The notes: generated from the letters alone by a model not told the origin. A DNA stretch of 38,101 nt from Hyphomicrobiales bacterium (GCA_040255145.1 JBDZUN010000005.1:1-38101); one strand, 5' to 3'. Positions 28,629 to 37,553 are shown, counted from the first letter of the stretch. Made by a program: numbers and translations.

Positions 28629-29042
28629 ATGGAGAATCCGATGGACGCGAGCGTCAAGCAGGTCATGCAGGAATGCAGCAAAGGGTCCGACGAAGACGGG
28701 ATGCGGTTCCCCGAAGTGATCGGGAAGCTGATGGCGGCGGGGGTGGAGCGTTATCACGCCGACCTGTGCCGCGCGGAAAAGACCTACTATCTGCCGAACG
28801 GCGAATCCCATATCGTGCCCTCGGCGCGGATCGCGCGTGATCCCGCGCCGGATTTCGCGGCCACGAGGGTTGAGGCCGCGGTTCGCGCGATCCAGGTCGG
28901 CGAGCTGAGCTATCAGGAATTCTGCGCCGAGATCATGACTGCCGGCTGCGTCGGCTATTGCGTGTCGCTGGCCGGGCGGCGCGCGGTCTATTACGGCCGC
29001 ACCGGCGACTTCCATGTTGAACATTTCCCGTCCGCGCGTTGA
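28629..29042 (+). CDS. DUF1398 family protein (YbcV-like)
   Basis: ...MRFPEVIGKLMAAGVERYHADLCRAEKTYYLPNGES...YQEFCAEIMTAGCVGYCVSLAGRRAVYYGRTGDFHVEHFP matches my recollection of DUF1398 proteins. Possible starts are 28611 (GTG, overlapping the MarR stop), 28629 and 28641 (GGAG 6 nt upstream). Confidence 0.75.
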   Translation: MENPMDASVKQVMQECSKGSDEDGMRFPEVIGKLMAAGVERYHADLCRAEKTYYLPNGESHIVPSARIARDPAPDFAATRVEAAVRAIQVGELSYQEFCAEIMTAGCVGYCVSLAGRRAVYYGRTGDFHVEHFPSAR

Positions 29043-29046
29043 GTAA

Positions 29047-29198
29047 GCCCGCGTGCCGAGCGGGGCGCCAGTAAACCCCAAAGTCGGCGGGCCCGGCGCG
29101 AAGCCTGGTGTCTACTGGGTCCCGGCTCGCGCGGCCTGCGGCCGCTTGGCCGGGACGACAGCCAAGGAATGGATTGCCTCGCTGCGCTCGCAGTGACG
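29047..29198. repeat. composite palindromic intergenic repeat, copy B
   Basis: Hairpin CCCGC-gtgccga-GCGGG followed by CCAGTAAAC (29068-29076). The inverted partner GTCTACTGG lies at 29110-29118. Then GGTCCCGGCTCGC-N-GCCGCTTGGCCGGGACGACA (to 29160), plus an extra ATTGCCTCGCTGCGCTCGCAGTGACG module (29173-29198). Confidence 0.75.
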
Positions 29199-29215
29199 CT
29201 GGAGGCGAGTCTTTG

Positions 29216-29237
29216 GGCGGCGCCCAGCCGCGCCGCC
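29216..29237 (+). terminator. GC hairpin GGCGGCGC-ccagcc-GCGCCGCC followed by TT; a possible terminator of the MarR-DUF1398 unit or part of the repeat
   Basis: Perfect 8-bp stem read from the sequence. Confidence 0.3.
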
Positions 29238-29305
29238 TTGCCGGGACGCGGCTTTTCGGCTAGTTCCCGCGGGCATTCCTTTTATCCCCAGGACAGCGGG
29301 ATCCT

Positions 29306-30514
29306 ATGAAATCCGGCTCGGTCAAGAAGGTCGTGCTCGCCTATTCCGGCGGGCTCGACACCTCCGTCATCCTCAAATGGCTCCAGGTCACCTATGGCTG
29401 CGAGGTGGTTACCTTCACCGCCGATCTCGGCCAGGGCGAGGAGCTGGAGCCGGCGCGGCGCAAGGCCGAGAATGCCGGCATCAAGGAAATCTTCATCGAG
29501 GACCTGCGCGAGGAATTCGTCCGCGACTACGTGTTCCCGATGTTCCGCGCCAATGCGCAGTACGAGGGGGTCTACCTGCTCGGCACCTCGATCGCGCGGC
29601 CCCTGATCGCCAAGCGTCAGATCGAGATCGCGCGCGAGACCGGGGCCGACGCCGTCGCCCATGGCGCGACCGGCAAGGGCAACGACCAGGTCCGGTTCGA
29701 GCTGACCTATTACGCGCTGAACCCCGACATCAAGGTGATCGCGCCGTGGCGGGAATGGGACCTGACCTCGCGCACCCGGCTGATCCAGTTCGCCGAGGAG
29801 CACCAGATCCAGATCCCGCGCGACAAGCGCGGCGAGGCGCCGTTCTCGGTCGACGCGAACCTTCTGCACACCTCGTCCGAGGGCAAGGTGCTGGAGGACC
29901 CGGGCCAGGAGCCGCCGGCCTTCGTGTTCCAGCGCACGGTGGCGCCGGAGGACGCGCCGGACCAGCCGACCTATGTCGAGATTACGTTCGAGAACGGCGA
30001 CGCCGTTGCGGTCGACGGCGAGCGCCTGTCGCCCGCCACGCTGCTGGCGCGCCTCAACGAGCTCGGCGGCAAGAATGGCGTCGGCCGGCTCGACCTGGTC
30101 GAGAACCGCTTCGTCGGCATGAAGTCGCGCGGCGTGTACGAGACGCCGGGCGGCACCGTCCTGCTCGCCGCCCACCGCGCGGTCGAATCGATCACGCTCG
30201 ACCGCGGCGCCGCGCACCTCAAGGACGAACTGATGCCGCGCTATGCGGAGCTGATCTATAACGGCTTCTGGTTCTCGCCCGAGCGCGCGATGCTCCAGGC
30301 GCTGATCGACAAGAGCCAGGAGAACGTCTGGGGCACTGCGCGGCTCAAGCTCTACAAGGGCGGCGTCCACGTCGTCGGCCGCACCTCCGACCGCTCGCTC
30401 TACTCGCTGGCCCACGTCACCTTCGAGGAAGACCAGGTCTACGACCAGCGCGACGCCGAGGGCTTCATCAAGCTGAACGCGCTGCGCCTGCGCCTGCTGA
30501 AGCGCCGGGGCTAG
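29306..30514 (+). CDS. argG: argininosuccinate synthase
   Basis: [14 protein letters not shown]-loop-like motif, [16 protein letters not shown], and [19 protein letters not shown]; 402 aa. Confidence 0.96.
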   Translation: MKSGSVKKVVLAYSGGLDTSVILKWLQVTYGCEVVTFTADLGQGEELEPARRKAENAGIKEIFIEDLREEFVRDYVFPMFRANAQYEGVYLLGTSIARPLIAKRQIEIARETGADAVAHGATGKGNDQVRFELTYYALNPDIKVIAPWREWDLTSRTRLIQFAEEHQIQIPRDKRGEAPFSVDANLLHTSSEGKVLEDPGQEPPAFVFQRTVAPEDAPDQPTYVEITFENGDAVAVDGERLSPATLLARLNELGGKNGVGRLDLVENRFVGMKSRGVYETPGGTVLLAAHRAVESITLDRGAAHLKDELMPRYAELIYNGFWFSPERAMLQALIDKSQENVWGTARLKLYKGGVHVVGRTSDRSLYSLAHVTFEEDQVYDQRDAEGFIKLNALRLRLLKRRG

Positions 30515-31218
30515 AGATCGCCGCTGGCTTCGGACCATGCGGTCGAGGCGGCGTGGATGCGCGCCTTCAGGATGGAAAGGGCGGTCGGGTCGAAGTCCTT
30601 GAGCCGTGCCGCCAGTTCCGCCGCGGCCGCCGGCAGGGCGCTGGCCGGTACGACGTCGTTGACCAGGCCGCGCGCCTTGAGGTCGGCGGCGGTATAGCGG
30701 CGCGCGGTCATCAGGATCTCGCGCGCCAGCACCGGGCCGGCCTGTGCCGTCACGAGCCGGCAGGTCAGCGGCGTGACCGCGCGGCCGAGCTCGATCTCCG
30801 GGAACCAGAAGCGCGCCGGCTCCGCCGCGATCTGAAAGTCGCAGCACATTGCCAGCCCCCAGCCGCCGCCGACCGCATGTCCATTGATCGCGGCGATGGT
30901 GGTGATGTCGGGCGACAGGACGGAGTGGAGCGTCTCGATCAGCAGGTCGGCGATGCTCGCCCCGTGGTGGGCGAAGATGCGCCGGCGTTCCGCCGGATCA
31001 GTGATGCCCTTGACCGGCGTCAGGTCGGCGCCGGCCGAGAACGTGTTGCCGACCCCGGTGACGACGACGACGCGCGCGTCCCGGCGTTCGGCGATGTCGG
31101 TGAATGCCGCCTTCAGGTCGGCCAGCATGTCGGCGTCGAAGGCGTTCCGCCGGTCGTCGCGGTCCATGGTCACGGTCGCGACGCCCGCGTTCAGCGCGAC
31201 CCGGCAATTGTCCGGCAT
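30511..31218 (-). CDS. enoyl-CoA hydratase/isomerase (crotonase) family protein
   Basis: Start at ATG 31218 ([27 protein letters not shown]). Oxyanion-hole segments [16 protein letters not shown] and [17 protein letters not shown]. Confidence 0.85.
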   Translation of the reverse strand: MPDNCRVALNAGVATVTMDRDDRRNAFDADMLADLKAAFTDIAERRDARVVVVTGVGNTFSAGADLTPVKGITDPAERRRIFAHHGASIADLLIETLHSVLSPDITTIAAINGHAVGGGWGLAMCCDFQIAAEPARFWFPEIELGRAVTPLTCRLVTAQAGPVLAREILMTARRYTAADLKARGLVNDVVPASALPAAAAELAARLKDFDPTALSILKARIHAASTAWSEASGDL

Positions 31219-31299
31219 CGGCCTGTTCCCCCCGCCTCTGTTCCTCGCCCGGTGCAGCATGCGCCGATTCCGGCGGTGCGCGCCAACCCCGCACGGCGG

Positions 31300-31830
31300 T
31301 TAAAGCGGATAGACCGCCTCGGCGCGGTAGCGGCTGCCTTCCGATGACAGGGTGCTGGAGAACAGCGTGAACTGGTCGACTCGGAACGGTTCGCTGGTCA
31401 GGAGCGCGTGGCGGTTCAGGAATTCGGCGACCGCCTCGCGCGGCGGCCTCTTCAACCGGGCCAGCGTGACGTGCGGGGTATAGCGCCGGCCTTCCGGCTT
31501 CAGCCCGATCCGCTGCAGCGCGCCGTCGACCTTGGGGTGCAGGCGCGTCAGCGGCTCCGCCTTCTCCACCCCCGCCCACAGGCTGTGCGGCTTGCGGTCG
31601 CCGAACTGCCCGACGCCCTGCAGGCGCAGGTCGAAGGCCGGCACGTGCACCTGGTCGAGCGCATCGGCGATGTCGGCCGCTACGGCGTTGTCGACCTCGC
31701 CGATGAAGCGCACGGTAACGTGCATCTGCTCCGGCGAAATCCAGCGCGCGCCCGGCACGCCGCCGCCGAGCAGCGACAGCCGCTGTTTCAAGATCTCGGG
31801 CAGGGTCAGGGCGACGAACAGGCGGATCAT
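31300..31830 (-). CDS. thpR: RNA 2',3'-cyclic phosphodiesterase (2H phosphoesterase, LigT/ThpR)
   Basis: Two HxT/S motifs (HVTVRF and HVTLAR) at the expected spacing; MIRLFVALTLPE start; 176 aa. Confidence 0.88.
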   Translation of the reverse strand: MIRLFVALTLPEILKQRLSLLGGGVPGARWISPEQMHVTVRFIGEVDNAVAADIADALDQVHVPAFDLRLQGVGQFGDRKPHSLWAGVEKAEPLTRLHPKVDGALQRIGLKPEGRRYTPHVTLARLKRPPREAVAEFLNRHALLTSEPFRVDQFTLFSSTLSSEGSRYRAEAVYPL

Positions 31831-31958
31831 GGCGGAAGGGCCTCCGGCTGGACGGAGGCCCTTCCTATCATATTGCGGCGCAACATGAAGCCGTGCGCGG
31901 GGTTATGCGTCCGGTTGGCTTTCTGAACGTGACGGAATCCGGTTCGGTCCGGACATCC

Positions 31959-32381
31959 TCAGACGCCGAAGGTCACAAGGCCGCGATCGTCGATCGTCCA
32001 TGCAGGGTTCCAGGCGATTTCCCATGCATGATCGTCGGGATCGGCGATGTAGCCGCGAAATCCGCCATGAAAAGGTGCGTCTGCAGGACGGATGATCCGC
32101 CCGCCGGCTTGGACCAGCCGGGCCATGACGCGCTCGACTTCGTCCTTGTCCGAAACATTGTGGGCCAGCGCGAAAGCGCCCGGCTGTAACAGGCCGGTGC
32201 GATTCATGTCGGCCTCCAGGGCGTCCTTATGAAAAGTGGCCAGCACGAAGCCGTTCATCTGGTAGAAGACGATCTCGTCGTTCTCGAATACAGGTATCCA
32301 CCCGAATCCGTCCGCGTAGAAACGGCGCGAGCGGCCCAAGTCGACGATGCCGAGGGTGATGACCGAAATCTGATGTTGCAT
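31959..32381 (-). CDS. VOC (glyoxalase/bleomycin-resistance/dioxygenase) family protein
   Basis: ISVITLGVDLGRSRRFY..., ...YIADPDDHAWEI... is a typical single VOC domain pair; 140 aa. Confidence 0.82.
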   Translation of the reverse strand: MQHQISVITLGIVDLGRSRRFYADGFGWIPVFENDEIVFYQMNGFVLATFHKDALEADMNRTGLLQPGAFALAHNVSDKDEVERVMARLVQAGGRIIRPADAPFHGGFRGYIADPDDHAWEIAWNPAWTIDDRGLVTFGV

Positions 32382-32678
32382 GCCCAGGACCTCATGTTCA
32401 CCAGCGCTCCATGCGCGGTGGTGAAAGTCATGGGACTCGTCGCAACAGCGAGGGCCAGGACCCGCTAATGCGGGGATCGGGCTAACCGCACCGATCTCTC
32501 CTTTTTAGACGTTCGGCTGATATCAGCGATCCGCTCCCAGTCCAACCGTGCAATCGGTCGAAGGCCAAGGTTCGAACCGAGGCACGAACCCCGCACGGAT
32601 TTCGATGTCGCCAGGCCGCGCGTTGCCACGCACAATAGAGGTGGCGCAATGGGGGGCGCAGCAATGGGTGAGAATGCC

Positions 32679-33161
32679 ATGGACAAGGACGATTATCGGC
32701 GGCGTGTCCGGCTTGCGCTGACCGGCGAGATGCTGGGCGAGGCGATGACCTCCGCCCTGGCGGAGGCGGCCGAGACGCCCGAGCAACGCTACAAATGGGC
32801 GTCCCTGCTGCAGCTCGAATCCGAGACCAAGGTGCGCCTGCGCGCGTTCGCGGCCGGCATCGGCGTCAGCGTGCTGGAAGACGAGGAACGCCGTCGCCAA
32901 GGCGTTGAACGCGCTGGCGCCATGGCCGGCATGAACTGGGCCGAGGCGATGGCCTCCTTCCGTGATCTGGTGGCGCCGGCCGTCGGCTGGTACCGCAAGC
33001 TGGAGGCGATGGGGCCGGACGCCGACAAACCGACGCTGCGGGCGGCACTGGCGCACGAGGTCGCGTTGCTCGACTTCCTCGATGCCGAGCTCGAAGGCGA
33101 GCCGGACGCGATCGCGCCCGTCGTCGCGTTGCTCGACCACCCGCTGCCGCGGCCGGCGTGA
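32679..33161 (+). CDS. hypothetical protein, predicted all-helical, no family recognised
   Basis: Strong GC3 bias across the frame and Ala/Leu/Glu-rich helical composition (MDKDDYRRRVRLALTGEMLGEAMTSALAEAAETPEQRYKWASLLQLESETKVRL...). In-frame alternative starts lie at 32649 and 32664. Confidence 0.55.
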   Translation: MDKDDYRRRVRLALTGEMLGEAMTSALAEAAETPEQRYKWASLLQLESETKVRLRAFAAGIGVSVLEDEERRRQGVERAGAMAGMNWAEAMASFRDLVAPAVGWYRKLEAMGPDADKPTLRAALAHEVALLDFLDAELEGEPDAIAPVVALLDHPLPRPA

Positions 33162-33231
33162 CCGCCGGGCAAACAAATGGCGATGGGCCCGCTTCGTGAA
33201 GGATAGGAGGCCGCCCGGCGGCCTCGTGTCG

Positions 33232-34176
33232 CTATTCCGCTGCCTTCGCCACCGCGCGGCCGTGCACCTCGGGAATCACGGTCTCGATCAGGAGCCGCGT
33301 CTGCTGGTAGAGATCCTCGTCGCCGTCGCCCAGCGGGCGCAGGATGAACTTGGCGATGCCCGCCGCCTCGTATTCGCGTACACGCTGTACCATCTCGGCC
33401 GCGTCGCCGACCACGATGGTCTTATCCAGGTTCCGCTTCGGGAACATCTTGCGGTACATCGCGCGCCGCGCCGCGCCGACCGGGTCGTCAGCCGGGCCGA
33501 AGCGGAAGAAGAAGCCGGCGGAGAAATGCTCCGGATCCATCTCGCGGCCCGCTTCGATCGCCGCCTGCTTGATCGCGGTGACGACCGGCCCTACTTCCTC
33601 CGGCGATTCCAGGCCCGCCTGCCAGCCGGTGCCGAAGCGCGCGGTGCGCCGGATCGCCGCCTGGCTCGACCCGCCGAGCCACAGCGGCAGCGGCTGCTGC
33701 ACTGGCAGCGGCAGGATCGAGGCGTCCTTGTAATGGAAAAAGTCGCCGTCGAAGGTGACCGTCTCGCCGCGCCACAGCCGCTCGATGATCTCAAGCGATT
33801 CGTCGGTGCGCTTGCCCTGGCCCTCGGTCTTGATGCCCATCGCGCCCCAATCCTGCGAATTGAGGTTGCCGATGCCGAAGGCGGGCAGAAGCCGGCCGTT
33901 GCTGAGGAAGTCGATGGTCGCGCATTCCTTGGCGATGACCAGCGGCTCGCGCAGGCCCAGCGCGATAACGTTCATGCCGAATTTGAGCTTCTCGGTGGCG
34001 CCGGCCAAAGCGGCCATCGTGCTCATGCATTCCAGGAACGGCACCGGCGCGACCATGCGGTCGGTCTGCCACAGCGAATCGATGCCGCCCGCCTCGCACA
34101 GCCGCACCCAGCGCCAGAATGCCTGCGGCCCCGAGAACGGGAAGTCCGCCAGGCCCAGTCCGATCCGTACCGCCAT
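33232..34176 (-). CDS. LLM-class flavin/deazaflavin-dependent oxidoreductase
   Basis: Start at ATG 34176 (MAVRIGLGLADFPF...GIDSLWQTDRM...LSNGRLLPAFGIGN...LPVQQPLPLWLGG). The LLM TIM-barrel pattern is present. Confidence 0.82.
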   Translation of the reverse strand: MAVRIGLGLADFPFSGPQAFWRWVRLCEAGGIDSLWQTDRMVAPVPFLECMSTMAALAGATEKLKFGMNVIALGLREPLVIAKECATIDFLSNGRLLPAFGIGNLNSQDWGAMGIKTEGQGKRTDESLEIIERLWRGETVTFDGDFFHYKDASILPLPVQQPLPLWLGGSSQAAIRRTARFGTGWQAGLESPEEVGPVVTAIKQAAIEAGREMDPEHFSAGFFFRFGPADDPVGAARRAMYRKMFPKRNLDKTIVVGDAAEMVQRVREYEAAGIAKFILRPLGDGDEDLYQQTRLLIETVIPEVHGRAVAKAAE

Positions 34177-34322
34177 CGCGTTCACTCCCTGGTATTGCCG
34201 CCATCGTCGCACCGAACAGTCGTTTTCCCAAGTCCTGGACGTTGCCGGCGCGCGCCCTACAATGCGTCGCAAAATCGGGCCGCGCCGGATTCGGGCGGCA
34301 AGCCAAGCCTGGAGGGCGCATC

Positions 34323-35396
34323 ATGGAATTCGGGGTCTCGATCCCCACGCCGGCGGATGCCTGGAAGACCGCGAAGCGGGCGGAGGACGCCGGCTATCGC
34401 ACCGCCTGGTTCTACGACACCCAGCTTTTGAGCGCTGACGTCTTCGTCGGCATGGGCGCGGCGGCGATGAAGACGGACCGCATTCGCCTCGCGACTGGCG
34501 TGCTGATCCCGTCCAACCGCATCGCGCCGGTCGCCGCCAACGCCTTCGCCAGCCTGAACGCGCTGGCGCCCGGCCGAATCGACGCCGGCATCGGCACCGG
34601 CTATACCGGCCGGCGTACCATGGGCCTCGGCCCCTACAAGCTGGCCGATATGGGCGAATACATCCGCGTCATGCAGGCGATGTGGCGCGGCGAGACGCCG
34701 GAGATCAGGATCGAGGGCAAGACCCGCAAGGTCCGCTTCCTCAACCCCGACGCCAAGCTGATCAATATCGACGATGAGATGCCGGTCTATGTCTCGGCCT
34801 TCGGGCCGAAGGCGCGGCGGCTGACGGCCGAGGTCGGCGCCCACTGGATCAACGTCGATTTCAACGAGGACCTGGCGGCGCAGGCATCGCAGGACATGGA
34901 CCAGGTCTATCGCGACGCGGGGCACGATCCGGCCAAGAAGCGCAAGGTGGTCTTCCTGTGGGGCTCGGTGCTCAAGGAGGGCGAGGCCTATGACAGTCCG
35001 CGCATCAAGGCGGAGACCGGGCCTTTCGCGGTGATGATGCTGCACAACGCGATGGAGGCGCAGGACCACGGCGACCTGGTCGAATCCGCCGCGCCCGACA
35101 ACGAGATCGCCCGCCTGGCGCCCGAATACCGCAAGACGGTCTATGAGAAGTATCAGCCGGCCGAGACGCGCTATCTGAACCTGCACCGCGGCCATCTGAT
35201 GTTCGTGCGGCCGGAAGAGGAGCGGTTCGCCACCGCCGAACTGATCCGTACCGCGACCATCACCGGCACCGTGGCGGAGCTGCGCGACCGCATGCGCCGG
35301 CTGAAGGATGCCGGCTATGACGAGGTGGTCGTGCAGGTCACGCCCGGCCACGACAGCATGGTCGAGGACTGGGCACGCGTGTTCGAGGCCGTCTGA
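34323..35396 (+). CDS. LLM-class flavin/deazaflavin-dependent oxidoreductase (Mer-like long form)
   Basis: ATG 34323 lies 7 nt after GGAGGG (MEFGVSIPTPADAWKTAKRAEDAGYRTAWFYDTQLL...APGRIDAGIGTGY...); 357 aa. Confidence 0.82.
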   Translation: MEFGVSIPTPADAWKTAKRAEDAGYRTAWFYDTQLLSADVFVGMGAAAMKTDRIRLATGVLIPSNRIAPVAANAFASLNALAPGRIDAGIGTGYTGRRTMGLGPYKLADMGEYIRVMQAMWRGETPEIRIEGKTRKVRFLNPDAKLINIDDEMPVYVSAFGPKARRLTAEVGAHWINVDFNEDLAAQASQDMDQVYRDAGHDPAKKRKVVFLWGSVLKEGEAYDSPRIKAETGPFAVMMLHNAMEAQDHGDLVESAAPDNEIARLAPEYRKTVYEKYQPAETRYLNLHRGHLMFVRPEEERFATAELIRTATITGTVAELRDRMRRLKDAGYDEVVVQVTPGHDSMVEDWARVFEAV

Positions 35397-35444
35397 CCCT
35401 TTACGAATCGAAACATTACGTCACCTGCCATCAAGGAGAAGCGC

Positions 35445-36473
35445 ATGGCCGTCGATTGCGGCGTTCTTTGGGGGTTCCGCAACCCCGACTTCAACAAACG
35501 TCCGTGGGCGGAGGTCTATCAGAATGAGCTCGACCTGATCGTCGACTCGGAGAAGCTCGGCTTCGGCCATGCCTGGCTGACCGAACATCATTTCGCCGAT
35601 GACGGCTATTCGCCGTCCCTGATGGCGATCGCCGGTGCGGCGGCCGCGCGCACCAGGCTGATCCGTATCGGCACCTTCGTGCTGCTTCTGCCGCTGCATG
35701 ACCCGATCGAGGTGGCGGAGGACTCCGCGACCGTCGATATCATCTCGAACGGCCGGTTCGACCTCGGCGTCGGCCAGGGCTACGTGCCTTACGAATTTGA
35801 TCCGCGCGGCATCCCGCACAAGACGCGCGGCCGGCGGATGGAGGAAGGCCTCAACATCCTCCGTGGTCTGCTGACCGGCGAGAAGTTCAGCTTCGAGGGC
35901 AGGCACAACCATCTGGACAACATCCGGATCGTGCCGCCGCCGGTGCAGAAGGACTTCCCGATCTGGGTCGGCGCGCGCGGCGACAAGGCGCTGGACCGTG
36001 CCGCGCGGCTCGGCTTCCATCTGGCCTCGGTCGGCGTCGCGCATCATCGCGACAAATATATCGACGCGCTGAAAAGGCACGGCCGCAATCCGGACGATTT
36101 CAACGTCGTGCAGCTCGTCACCTGCTATTGCGCCGAGACGCATGAGAAGGCGTGGGACGATATCGCCGATGGCTTCCACCACGTGCTGAAATACTACCAC
36201 GACTGGGCGGTCGCATCGGGCGACGTGACGGGTGACGTGGAAGGTCAGGCGGTGCCGACGCCGGCGCAGTTCCGCAAGGAGCAGAAGGGCGAGTTCTTCG
36301 GCGAGCCCGCCTTTGTCGGTACGCCGGACGAGGTGCTGGCCGGCCTGCAGAAATACCTCGCGCGGTCGCCCGGCTCGCATCTCGTCATGTACATGGCGAT
36401 CCCTGGCAATGCGCCGGAAAACACGCGCCGTAGCATGGAGCTGTTTTCCAAGCACGTGATGCCCCGCCTCTGA
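35445..36473 (+). CDS. LLM-class flavin-dependent oxidoreductase
   Basis: ...KLGFGHAWLTEHHFADDGYSPS...SNGRFDLGVGQGY...PPPVQKDFPIWVGA...; 342 aa. Confidence 0.85.
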   Translation: MAVDCGVLWGFRNPDFNKRPWAEVYQNELDLIVDSEKLGFGHAWLTEHHFADDGYSPSLMAIAGAAAARTRLIRIGTFVLLLPLHDPIEVAEDSATVDIISNGRFDLGVGQGYVPYEFDPRGIPHKTRGRRMEEGLNILRGLLTGEKFSFEGRHNHLDNIRIVPPPVQKDFPIWVGARGDKALDRAARLGFHLASVGVAHHRDKYIDALKRHGRNPDDFNVVQLVTCYCAETHEKAWDDIADGFHHVLKYYHDWAVASGDVTGDVEGQAVPTPAQFRKEQKGEFFGEPAFVGTPDEVLAGLQKYLARSPGSHLVMYMAIPGNAPENTRRSMELFSKHVMPRL

Positions 36474-36485
36474 GGAGAAAACGTC

Positions 36486-37358
36486 ATGCGCATCGGCATC
36501 CAGGTCGCATTCGCCGGCCCCGCCGCCGACCCCGTTCATGTGCGCGAGACCGCGCGGCGGGCGGAGGCGGTCGGCTTCCATTCGATCTGGGTGCCGGAGC
36601 ACGTGGTGCTGTTCGAGGAATACGCCTCGCGCTATCCCTATTCGGCCGACGGCAAGATCGGCGGCGGCGCCCACCTCGCGCCGCCGGAACCGCTGACCTG
36701 CCTCGCCTTCATGGCGGCGTGTACGGAGAAAATCCGGCTTGGAACCGGCATCCTGATCGTGCCGCAGCGCAACCCCGTTTATACCGCGAAGCAGGTCGCC
36801 GACCTCGACGTGCTGTCCGGCGGACGGTTCGATTTCGGCATCGGCGTCGGCTGGCTGGCGGAGGAATTCCAGGCGCTCGCCGTCCCGTTTGAACATCGCG
36901 GTGCCCGCGCCGACGACTACCTGCGCGTCATGAAGGCGCTGTGGACACAGGAAACGTCCTGTTACGACGGCAAGCTCTACAAGCTGCCGCCGGTGGTGCA
37001 GAACCCCAAGCCGGTGCAGAAGCCGCATCCGCCGATCTATGCCGGTGGCGAATCGGACGCGGCGCTGTCACGTGCCGCCCGCCTGTGCCAGGGCTGGTAC
37101 GGCGTCGCGCTGACGCCCGAGACCCTGCCGGACCGGCTCAAGGTGCTGGACGCGAAGCTCGCCGAGAACAATCGCACACGGAAGGATATCGCGGTACTGG
37201 TGTCGCCCTATGCGGCGAAGCCCGACCTCGACATGGTCCGCCGGTTCGAGGACCAGGGCGTGGACGAGGTCGTGCTGATGGCGATGCATTCGAAGCGCGA
37301 GCGCGTCTACCAGATGATCGACGACCTGGCCGAACGCATCGTCGCCAAGGCGGCGTAA
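36486..37358 (+). CDS. LLM family oxidoreductase, short 'F420-dependent-type' class (paralogue of 12931-13791)
   Basis: MRIGIQVAF...AVGFHSIWVPEHVVL...GTGILIVPQRN...SGGRFDFGIGVGW...NPKPVQKPHPPIYAGG; 290 aa. Confidence 0.82.
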   Translation: MRIGIQVAFAGPAADPVHVRETARRAEAVGFHSIWVPEHVVLFEEYASRYPYSADGKIGGGAHLAPPEPLTCLAFMAACTEKIRLGTGILIVPQRNPVYTAKQVADLDVLSGGRFDFGIGVGWLAEEFQALAVPFEHRGARADDYLRVMKALWTQETSCYDGKLYKLPPVVQNPKPVQKPHPPIYAGGESDAALSRAARLCQGWYGVALTPETLPDRLKVLDAKLAENNRTRKDIAVLVSPYAAKPDLDMVRRFEDQGVDEVVLMAMHSKRERVYQMIDDLAERIVAKAA

Positions 37359-37372
37359 ACGTCGTCCTTCTT

Positions 37373-37537
37373 CCGTCATCATCCGCGCAGGCGGATGATC
37401 CAGTAAACGGCCGCCGTGGTGCGAGCGGGCGAGCGCAAATCCTGGCTGTCATCCCGGAAGCCCGCAGGGCTATCCGGGATCCATAAGAACAGGAACGGAT
37501 CCCGGCTCGCCTAAAGGCCGCTTGGCCGGGATGACAA
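37373..37537. repeat. composite palindromic intergenic repeat, copy C
   Basis: GTCATCATCCGCGCAGGCGGATGATCCAGTAAAC (37373-37406). A second hairpin module GTCATCCCGGAAGCCCGCAGGGCTATCCGGGATCC lies at 37446-37480. Then GGATCCCGGCTCGC-N-GCCGCTTGGCCGGGATGACAA (37495-37535). Confidence 0.75.
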
Positions 37538-37553
37538 TGATGTGGACTGACGA

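Noticed and set aside
32560-32585. GGTTCGAACC, reminiscent of a tRNA T-loop (a possible tRNA or tRNA remnant / att site)
   Set aside because: Neither strand gives a 5-bp T-stem around a 7-nt loop, and no acceptor, D or anticodon arms could be built. The motif is just a 10-nt palindrome.
32465-32686. 73-aa minus-strand ORF in the VOC/hypothetical intergenic region
   Set aside because: It has no SD and odd composition, and it overlaps the start of the better-supported plus-strand gene. It is treated as non-coding.
35421-37028. 535-aa ORF on the minus strand; likewise 29282-30847, 23349-24824, 32962-34431, 12124-13563, 13867-15195, 5655-6947 and 7030-8316
   Set aside because: All are antisense or out-of-frame shadows of well-supported genes. 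They have extreme Arg/Ala/Gly/Pro content and no recognisable domains.
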